IMG/VR virus record: IMGVR_UViG_3300030329_003696
Span: 102,834-166,833 of that record
Direction: 5' to 3' (one strand)
Source of the DNA: a virus
Length of the DNA: 64,000 nt
A model generated the notes under the pieces. That model was not told the DNA's origin. It was given only the letters and a program-made list of their open reading frames with translations, and made no database searches. A program made the position numbers and the translations under genes. Every line of letters begins with the position of its first letter. Position 1 is the stretch's first letter. Positions 52,467-61,300 of this stretch are shown here, piece by piece.

Positions 52467-52946
52467 ATGCCAGTAAACATTCCAGAAAGCGTTTTTACAA
52501 AATATTACGATGTAGTTGATTCCACATTTGATATATTTGGAGTCACCTGTCAATTAGTATATATAGAAAAGGTAGAGGAGATATCCAACACCTTTGACAA
52601 TATACCTAGTAATAGATCAATCAATTCGCACAGGAGAGATACGAATATATATAAAAGAGAAAATAAAGTCATTAAAGAAGTTGAGAAACTCGAAGACATT
52701 AAAATTAAGGTTTATTGGGATAGCAAGAGTTGGGTTAAAGTTGGTGGGGACATAGTTATACCAGATAATAGTATACAAACCATTTTCTTTGCTACAGATT
52801 TAGACAAAATCATGAGGGCAAAACAGCTAATAGTTCACAAAGGCATAAAAGATAAAAAAGAGATGAGGTTCAAAAAATTTGGCGAGCCTTTTCCAATGGG
52901 GTTGCGGCAAGATAGGTACTTTGGTTGCTTTTGGGAGAGAGACTAA
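52467..52946 (+). CDS. Probable head-closure protein
   Basis: Context in neck gene block. Confidence 0.45.
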   Translation: MPVNIPESVFTKYYDVVDSTFDIFGVTCQLVYIEKVEEISNTFDNIPSNRSINSHRRDTNIYKRENKVIKEVEKLEDIKIKVYWDSKSWVKVGGDIVIPDNSIQTIFFATDLDKIMRAKQLIVHKGIKDKKEMRFKKFGEPFPMGLRQDRYFGCFWERD

Positions 52947-53587
52947 TGTCCATCTCACTAAAAATTTTAGAATCTAATACACGAATTTCTGGAATGATAT
53001 CTAAGTCGATATCACAAGAATTAAATATAAGGGTTGCGAAAAACAGGAGTAAGGTCGAGAAAAGTATAAAAAGTATGATTCCCGCTTGGCTACACGAACA
53101 AGATGAAATTACAAGTCTTTTATCTGACGGTGTAGTAAATTCGCTTAACGCACAGTTTGGCATCCCAAAAGGGACTTCATCTGGAGTTGTATCAGCGATA
53201 GTGTCTGCTGTTTCAGAAAGTGTTATCGTGGAAGTTGGTAAAATAGACAACACTTTAAGGGGTTTAATAACATTTAAGATTCAACCAGAAGATTTCAGTA
53301 ATCTCTTGGTGCTTCCGCAAGGATTTGTACAGACAGTAACAATTAGTGGCGGTAAAAGCTTACATTGGTTAAATTGGTTACTAACTATGGGGTCGGCGGC
53401 AATTGTAGGCGGCTACGAATATCAACCAGGAAATGACGGAAGATCCGGAGGCGGAACTATGGTTGGCGGTGTGGCTTGGAGGGTTCCCTCAGATTACTCC
53501 GGAACAATAGACAATAACTTTGTGACAAGAGCATTAGAGAACAGAGAAAAACAAATAATTAACGCACTAAAGGGTTTATTTTTATAA
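52946..53587 (+). CDS. Probable neck/tail-completion protein
   Basis: Context; WLNWLL...GT.DNNFVTRA. Confidence 0.45.
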   Translation: MSISLKILESNTRISGMISKSISQELNIRVAKNRSKVEKSIKSMIPAWLHEQDEITSLLSDGVVNSLNAQFGIPKGTSSGVVSAIVSAVSESVIVEVGKIDNTLRGLITFKIQPEDFSNLLVLPQGFVQTVTISGGKSLHWLNWLLTMGSAAIVGGYEYQPGNDGRSGGGTMVGGVAWRVPSDYSGTIDNNFVTRALENREKQIINALKGLFL

Positions 53588-54567
53588 TGTCTTTTTTTAG
53601 CCCACTCAAAGGTTTTAAAAACATAAATTCATCCACCCTTTCCAATGATATACAGGACGGGTTGGTTGAGTTTTTTGATTGGGCGTTATTAGACAAAGGT
53701 AACTACTTTAACGTAACACTTAATGAACAATCCCCTAACGGTGAGGATTATAGCAAATTAAGGTTATCATCAAACGATTCTTATACTTTAGGACAAGTCT
53801 GGGAAGGGTTTAGAAAAAACTGGGTTTGGCAAACTGGCATATCCGTGGACGGCATGGACTCTCCTTTTGTTAGCTCAGACGCCAATCACTTGGGAGTTTC
53901 GGGGGTTTACGTAAATGACGTATTTCAACCATCCTCTGGGGTAGGACAATATGCACACAGTATAGACCACTTTAACGGTAGAGTGATATTTGACTCTGCC
54001 ATACCAAGTGGTTCTAAAGTACAAGCGGAACACAGTTACAAGTACATCAACGTTGTTTATGCAAATAACGTTCCTTGGCTTAGAGAAATACAAACCAGCA
54101 CTTTGCAGCCCACTAGTAATTTCAATGAAGTTAGCAACGGAGCTTGGGACATACCAACAGAGACGCGATTACAGCTACCAGCTATTGCTATCGAAGTTGT
54201 CCCGACTAGGAGGTTCAAAGGATATCAGCTAGGCGGAGGTCAATTCGTCTACTCAGATGTAATATTTCACTGCATAGCAGAAGACGAATACACCAGAAAT
54301 CAGATGGTAGATATAATCTCATTACAGAACGATAAAACAATACATTTATTTGACAGTAATTCTATAAATCAAGACTCTGATTTTCCGTTAGATTACAAAG
54401 GGTCTGTGGTACCCAGTGCCTTGAGATACCCAGACTTAGTAGAAACACACCCCGGAGGTAGGCTCAGGCTTACAAATGCCAGAATAGAACAGATGATAAT
54501 GGCTAAATCTGACGTTTTTGGGGGCGTAGTAAGGATGACAACTGAAGGAATAAAGGCAAATATCTAG
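53587..54567 (+). CDS. Probable tail terminator protein
   Basis: LPAIAIE...DVIFH pattern; directly before tail tube. Confidence 0.5.
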   Translation: MSFFSPLKGFKNINSSTLSNDIQDGLVEFFDWALLDKGNYFNVTLNEQSPNGEDYSKLRLSSNDSYTLGQVWEGFRKNWVWQTGISVDGMDSPFVSSDANHLGVSGVYVNDVFQPSSGVGQYAHSIDHFNGRVIFDSAIPSGSKVQAEHSYKYINVVYANNVPWLREIQTSTLQPTSNFNEVSNGAWDIPTETRLQLPAIAIEVVPTRRFKGYQLGGGQFVYSDVIFHCIAEDEYTRNQMVDIISLQNDKTIHLFDSNSINQDSDFPLDYKGSVVPSALRYPDLVETHPGGRLRLTNARIEQMIMAKSDVFGGVVRMTTEGIKANI

Positions 54568-54627
54568 TTTTTGTGTATAATTTATTAGAAAAATAATCTT
54601 TTTCATCACGTAAAGGAGAGATCCCTC

Positions 54628-55830
54628 ATGAGTAGTAATGACAGAATATTCTACGCCTGCCAAGCCGTAGCCATAACCAATCATGGCGATAATAGTGTCG
54701 AAAGTACAAACGGTACTGACATGGTCTATGGTCTACAGAGCGTAGGAATGACGACCAACTTCAATCTTGAGCAGGCGTTTGAGCTTGGCCAGATTGAAAT
54801 TTATGAAAACATCGAAGGTACACCAGATATCGAAGTAACCTTAGAGAAGGTACTCGATGGTAGACCCCTTATATATCACATGGCGAGCACGGGCATTGTA
54901 GATGGCTCACAAAGCGGCTTGGTTGCACGTTCAAAAGAGCGATGTGACCTCAGACTGGGCATTTATGATGAGTCTGCAAACTCTGTCTCTAAAGCTTCGG
55001 CCAATGGCGGCAAACCCGAAGTTGAGGTTTATTGTTCCGGATTGTATATCAGCAGTATCTCTTATACGATCCCCGTAGACGGTAATGCTACAGAGTCTGT
55101 TACACTGGTTGGTAATAACAAGCAGTGGTTGACTGGCTCTGACGTTAAGATTCAAGACGGCTCAGTTGTTAATTTCGACGGTAACGATGAGCCACTCATG
55201 GGTGTTGATTCATCGGCCAGTGGCGGTGTTGTAAGGCGTGAAGACGTACTTATTAGTGGAAGTATTCTTCCAAAATCCATCAAGGGCGTTGCGGGAAGTG
55301 GATACGGTAACGCACTTAATGACGATGGCAGTAATAGGGTTCACGTACAAAGCTTTAGTGTTAGTACTGACTTTGGTCGTGAAGACATTCTGGAACTTGG
55401 TAGAAAAACTCCTTACGCTCGTCCTGCTAACTTCCCAATTGAAGTTTCTTGCGAAATCGAAGCTATCACTAGTTCCGGCGACTTTGTTCAGGCTTATGAG
55501 TTTGGTGATCCAAGTCTTTATACCACCACTGCTTCCGGCAACAATACCTCAAATGAAAATATTTTCCTTTGCGTGAGACAGGGGTATGGTTTTGACTTAG
55601 GCACTAAAAACCGTCTTGCCAGCGTAAGTTATGGTGGTGGAGATGCTGGTGGTGGAAATGCAACCTGTACGTATAGTTATACCAACTTTAATGACTTAGA
55701 CGTTCAAAGTATCAGACACAACGCTGCCCCGTTTGGTTTTGGTGGCTTGAAGAACGGCGGAACAGGCACACCTAGTTACGCTAATAATGTTGGTCAGGGT
55801 GCATTCCCAGACGACCTATACTTTAGCTAA
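54628..55830 (+). CDS. Major tail tube protein
   Basis: Own promoter and strong RBS; two-fold GLQSVG...FELG / VQSFSV...ILELG repeat. Confidence 0.7.
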   Translation: MSSNDRIFYACQAVAITNHGDNSVESTNGTDMVYGLQSVGMTTNFNLEQAFELGQIEIYENIEGTPDIEVTLEKVLDGRPLIYHMASTGIVDGSQSGLVARSKERCDLRLGIYDESANSVSKASANGGKPEVEVYCSGLYISSISYTIPVDGNATESVTLVGNNKQWLTGSDVKIQDGSVVNFDGNDEPLMGVDSSASGGVVRREDVLISGSILPKSIKGVAGSGYGNALNDDGSNRVHVQSFSVSTDFGREDILELGRKTPYARPANFPIEVSCEIEAITSSGDFVQAYEFGDPSLYTTTASGNNTSNENIFLCVRQGYGFDLGTKNRLASVSYGGGDAGGGNATCTYSYTNFNDLDVQSIRHNAAPFGFGGLKNGGTGTPSYANNVGQGAFPDDLYFS

Positions 55831-55954
55831 TAGCCAATAAGTTTTTGTTATTGGTGGACGTTCCCCCCTATTTGCGATAGCGACTTAGGATAGCGAGTAA
55901 AGAAGGGGGGAGAGGAAAGGAAATTAATTATGAACATCTATACTCCCGTTTACT

Positions 55955-57004
55955 ATGAGGTTCTCCATGACTCCATATGAACGGGAGTATTTTGTATCTA
56001 GGATTAGGGCGGGGTTTTATATTGTCAAACTACGAGACTTTGACGTAAAAATATTAACGCCCACCGCAGAGGACGAATTCTTTGCAAATCAAGTATTTAT
56101 GGAGTCGTTTGATAGATCCAGAGGCGACGACTTCATGACTGAAGATGAGATGATTGATTGGCTCAAGGAAAAGGGTCTATGGTCTGACGAAGAAGATCAA
56201 AAAATAGAAGATATAGGAAAGGAGATAGAAAAGCTAAAGATAGAAATTTTTAATGCTAGGAGCAATGTAAAACTAAGAGAGCAGATTAGAAGATATATTA
56301 GGGCCGCTGAAAAAGCCCTAGTGAAGCTTAGAGAAAAGAAACAAGACTATTTTACTAATACTTGTGAAGGAATTGCGTTACAGGACAAAGCTGCCGAGAT
56401 CTTTAAGAGGTGTTGTTTTGTTGAGGGAAAACCACTAGATTTTGATCTTGTTGATCAGTACGACCTGTTCCACCAATATAATGTGCAGATATTAGCAGAT
56501 AAACAAACAAGAGAGCTAGCTAGGAACGAACCTTGGCGTTCACTGTTTATCTTAAAAGATGAGTTAAAACTGTTTTCAAATCCAGACGGAAGACTCTTGT
56601 CTTTAGACCAGAAAGGCTTACTTATTTGGTCTAGGATGTATGACAATGTTCAGGAGTCTATGGAGTGCCCAACTGAAGAAGTCATAAACGACGACGACAT
56701 GCTGGACGGCTGGTTTATTGTACAGAGGAAAAAGGCGGAATCAGAAAAAGCAAAATCAGAGCTAGAACAAAGAACTCAAAATGAGAAGATTTCTAACTCT
56801 GACGAAATTTATGTTTTTACCGACTCCAAAAAAGAGGCTCAAACAATAGAGAGTATGAATTCAGTTAACGCGTCGATGATAAAGAAAGAGAGATTGGCTA
56901 CCATAAAAGCCAAAGGTGGTGCCGAAGACAAGGACTTCAGGGACCAGAAGATTAAGTTATCAAATATGCAACATCAACAATTTAAGGAAAATTTTAGGAG
57001 GTAG
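55955..57004 (+). CDS. Tail assembly chaperone-like protein
   Basis: Between tube and TMP; similar to 57374..58270. Confidence 0.5.
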   Translation: MRFSMTPYEREYFVSRIRAGFYIVKLRDFDVKILTPTAEDEFFANQVFMESFDRSRGDDFMTEDEMIDWLKEKGLWSDEEDQKIEDIGKEIEKLKIEIFNARSNVKLREQIRRYIRAAEKALVKLREKKQDYFTNTCEGIALQDKAAEIFKRCCFVEGKPLDFDLVDQYDLFHQYNVQILADKQTRELARNEPWRSLFILKDELKLFSNPDGRLLSLDQKGLLIWSRMYDNVQESMECPTEEVINDDDMLDGWFIVQRKKAESEKAKSELEQRTQNEKISNSDEIYVFTDSKKEAQTIESMNSVNASMIKKERLATIKAKGGAEDKDFRDQKIKLSNMQHQQFKENFRR

Positions 57005-57006
57005 AG

Positions 57007-57381
57007 ATGAATAACTACGATGACCTCATCCGGAAGCAATCAGAGTACAAAAGTGTAAGAGAGGATAAATATAGAGTTGACTCTAAAGACAGGCTTTCAA
57101 AAATATTAAAGAAAAAAGTACAGACCACCATGATTGGATCGCTTAGTTCTATAGAAGAACACTTTTCATTCCTCTGGTCTACAGATAGTTCGGAAATGAC
57201 CCCAGAACAAAAAATGATGTATGAAATTTTTCAAAAGGTCAGATCTGAGATTTTAGATAAAGGAAACACCCAAGCACGAAATATAGATGCTGAGTTAGCT
57301 CAATATGACGTAAAATGGTTAAGATACCAAAATAACATTCCAGTTAGAAACCAAGACTTAGGAGAAGGACAAGATGGCTAA
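57007..57381 (+). CDS. Hypothetical protein
   Basis: AGGAGG RBS. Confidence 0.65.
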   Translation: MNNYDDLIRKQSEYKSVREDKYRVDSKDRLSKILKKKVQTTMIGSLSSIEEHFSFLWSTDSSEMTPEQKMMYEIFQKVRSEILDKGNTQARNIDAELAQYDVKWLRYQNNIPVRNQDLGEGQDG

Positions 57382-58270
57382 ACTAAAGAACAAAGTAGAA
57401 AAAACAGTAACATTTGAAGATGGCAAAGAAGTAAAAATTTACGTACAAAGACCAAATAACCAGACTGTAAAGTTGGCAGATAGGCATAAATCAAAAGCTT
57501 GGAACCAAGCAATACAAGATGATGTGCTTACCAAAAAAGAGCTTGGCGTTTTAATGAAGAAGCGTGGTATCTGGGATGAAGCTAAGGCCAAAGAGGAAGA
57601 TGACATTACTAGAGATATAGTAAAATTAGAGCGTGAGTTATATACGGGTAAAGACGGTAAAAGCAAGCCAAAAGTCTCTGAGGGGCGAGACATCGCTGTT
57701 GAGATTAGAAAGGCCAGAATGGAGCTGAGGGAGTTGATCGCAGAACGTATCTCCCTTGAAGAAAATACGGCAGAATCTTTAGCTGATAATGCTAGGTTTG
57801 ATTTTTTGGTGGCCAACTGTACTTTCTATGAAAACGGCTCTCGCGTGTATAATTCTTTTGAGGAGTACAATAATCAAAGTGCTGACGAAATTGCCTTTGC
57901 AGCTGCAACAGCCTTGGGGGAAATACTTTATAATTTAGACTCCTCTTTTGAGCAAAACTTACCAGAAAACAAGTTCCTCAGTAAATTCGGGCTTGTAGAC
58001 GATAATTTAAGCTTGATTGATCCCAATACTGGGGATACAATTGACACCAAGGGAAATAGAATAGACGAAGAAGGCTACCTTTTAGATGAAGATGGCAATA
58101 GAGTAGACAGAGAAGGTAACACTATTAATTCAGAGGGGTTTTATGATCTTAATGAAAATTATATCAATGACTTAATAGTTAAACCTAAGCGTACCAGAAG
58201 AAAAACAACTAAAAAAGAGGCACCAAAGGAGACTTTGGAAGAAGCGAAAGAACCGGCAACGGAAAGCTAA
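57374..58270 (+). CDS. Tail assembly chaperone-like protein
   Basis: Immediately before TMP. Confidence 0.55.
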   Translation: MAKLKNKVEKTVTFEDGKEVKIYVQRPNNQTVKLADRHKSKAWNQAIQDDVLTKKELGVLMKKRGIWDEAKAKEEDDITRDIVKLERELYTGKDGKSKPKVSEGRDIAVEIRKARMELRELIAERISLEENTAESLADNARFDFLVANCTFYENGSRVYNSFEEYNNQSADEIAFAAATALGEILYNLDSSFEQNLPENKFLSKFGLVDDNLSLIDPNTGDTIDTKGNRIDEEGYLLDEDGNRVDREGNTINSEGFYDLNENYINDLIVKPKRTRRKTTKKEAPKETLEEAKEPATES

Positions 58271-58305
58271 CTGGATAGTGTAGTCTTACATAACAAAGGT
58301 AAACA

Positions 58306-61300
58306 ATGTCAAAATTTGTACTGACTGCACAGTTACAACTACAAGCACCTAGAAACACTAATCAAGTACTAACCCAAATGAGGCAACAGCTCTCAAGTGG
58401 TGTTACTGTACCTGTTAGTGCTAAGGGTGCTGCACAGGCACAGAAGCAGATAACGCAAGTAGCTAATGCTACCCAGAAAGCGGCGACAGCAGCTGAATCT
58501 ATGGGGAAAAGCTTTGGATTGGCTACAAAGCGTTTTGCTGCATTTACTGTGGCTAGTAGGGCCGTCAGTCTGCTGACCAATTCGCTAGCAAACTCTATAT
58601 CAGAAGCCATCGATTTTCAGAGAGAGATGGTGAAGATTGCCCAAGTTTCTGGAAAGACTATGGGTCAGCTAAAGGGTCTACAAAACACCATCACAGGTCT
58701 AGCCTCTTCACTTGGTACATCTAGCACTGAATTATTAAAGGTTACTAGAATTCTGGCTCAGGCTGGTGTTCAAGCTAATGATTTAGAGGTTGCGTTAGCC
58801 GCTCTTGCCAAGACCACACTAGCCGCTACATTCGATAATATTGAAAACACGGCTGAGGGTGCCGTTGCTATTTTGCGTCAGTTTGGAGAGGGCGTAGGTG
58901 CCTTAGAACGGCAATTAGGTGCCATCAATGCTGTTGCTGGACAGTTTGCTGTTGAATCTGGTGACCTCATTGGTGCTGTTCGTAGATTTGGTGGTGTCTT
59001 TAAGTCTGCCGGTGGTTCTCTAGAAGAACTCCTCGCCATCTTTACAAGTGTTCGTGCTACGACTCGTGAAAGTGCTGAATCAATTAGTACTGGTTTACGT
59101 ACTATCTTTACACGTATTCAGCGTCCAAAAACTATATCATACCTTAGACAACTAGGTATTGAGCTTACTGATGCTGAAGGTAAGTTTGTTGGCCCAATGA
59201 AAGCGGCACAGCTACTCTCTGAAGCTTTATCTGGCTTGGCAGAGGGGGATTTACGATTTGTTAAAATCGCTGAAGAACTTGGTGGTTTCCGTCAGATTGG
59301 TAAAGTCATTCCTCTTTTACAACAGTTTGAAACAGCACAGCTTGCATATAACGCCGCTGTAGACGGTGGAAACTCTCTCAACAAAGACGCCGCTACCGCT
59401 CAACAGGCATTGGCTGTTCAAATAGAAAAAGTCAGAGAAGAATTTCAAGGCCTCGTTCGTACCATTACAGATAGTTCTAGTTTTCAAATATTTGTTAGAA
59501 CTTCTTTAGAGCTTGCGAGTGCTCTTATAAAAGTTGGCGAAGCGTTGGCACCACTATTACCCCTTTTAGCCACAATGGGGGGCATAAAGTTAATGAGTGG
59601 TTTGGGCGGCTTCATGGGTGGCATAGGTTCTGCGATCCGTGGTAAAAATCATGGGGGTAGAGTACTTGGTTTCAATAGGGGCGGTTTGGTTCCGGGTACG
59701 GGTAATAGAGACACTGTGCCAGCTATGCTTTCCCCCGGCGAGTTTGTTATCCGCCAGAGTAGTGTTAAGAAGCTGGGTGCTTCTAGACTTCAGGCTATGA
59801 ATAATAATAGATTTGCTGAAGGTGGCGAAGTTGGAATATTAGCTGTCAGTAGTAGTTCTGGTAGTGGTAGAAAAGAAATGATAGAGAAGGGGAAGGTAGA
59901 AGCTGCTGCAATCTCCAAAGCCATAGGTAGCATAAACTGGAAGGGCACGAGCGGTAACTTCAGCGATGACCCAGGAGCTGGAACCCCATTCTTAAAAGGC
60001 GGCAGGTGGAATCCGAATCTGCCAGCGGCAAATAAAAACAGTATGCAGAGGCTGTTCAATAAAAATGCAGAAACCACTACTGCGTATGGATTCCCGCTAA
60101 AAGCCGTCGATGGAGACACAGCCACGATTGAAGACGATATTTTATCAGATGTCAGCGATGGTATTAAAAGGGGTATAAACAATATTGGCTCTAGGGTGGG
60201 TGGATTGATTGGTATAACTAAGATATCGCCAGCTACCAACGATACAATCGCAGAGGTCGGTGCCGCCAGCATGATAGGTAAAATGTTTGAAGCTGGAATG
60301 ACACTATTAGACTCCTCCAAGTTAAGCGGAACTAAAAAATCTAAAGATGAGGGAGCTAATCCAAATGCCGCTTTTGATTACGCTAATGGTATTGGTAGCA
60401 AAATAGCTGGTAAGTTAGGAGATTCTCAAGTAGCTAAAAAGCTTGCTGATATACCGACAGACGCTAAGAAGATGTTATACAAAGGAAAAGATGGCCTTAA
60501 AGATTCTATTACAAAGAAAAGAAAAAATGTTATAGCCGAAGAAGTAGCTAGAAGTGAGCAGTGGGCAGCAGAAAAAAGATCTGCTCTTCAAGCTATGACA
60601 AAGACGAGAAAAAATGCGGGTGGCGGCATTGGTGGAACCGACACCGTTCCTGCCCTTCTAACTCCCGGTGAGTTTGTTATCAATAAGAGTGCTGCCCAGA
60701 GCATTGGTTATGCCAATCTTAACAGAATGAACACCAAGGGTGTTACCGGATTCGCTCAGGGTGGACCCGTTGGCGTCCAAAAATTCGCGATGGGCGGGGC
60801 GGTTGGCTTCGCTGCTGTTGCTGGTATTTTCCAACAAGCAGTTGCGAATTTCGGAGATAAGAGTGAAGAAGCTTCGGATAAGATGTTCAGGAACACGGTT
60901 ATATTTGAATCATCTATTAAAGCGTTAACAAGAGTTATTGTTGGCTTTTTCGTCTTTAAAGAAGTCGCAAAACAGATGAAGAACTTTGGCGAATCTATCC
61001 AGAATTGGGCTTCGGGGCCAGATGGAAAGTTTGAATCAGACGCAACGGCACAGTCAAAAGCAGACGCCGAACAACAGAGACAGGCCAACGCAGTTATCAC
61101 TGGCGAAGCGGAGTCAAAGGCGGTGGGTGGCGAATCTGCAATGGGTGATATATCTCAAGCCACCTTCAGTGTTGGTTCTGCTATAATCAATATTCAGTCA
61201 CAACAGGCTGCTGGGGGTGCAGCTGGAGATCCTGGTCGCCCAGAGGTTGACCTAGCCGGAGAATACGATCTCAGCACAGGCAGAGGTATGGTTGATAAAA

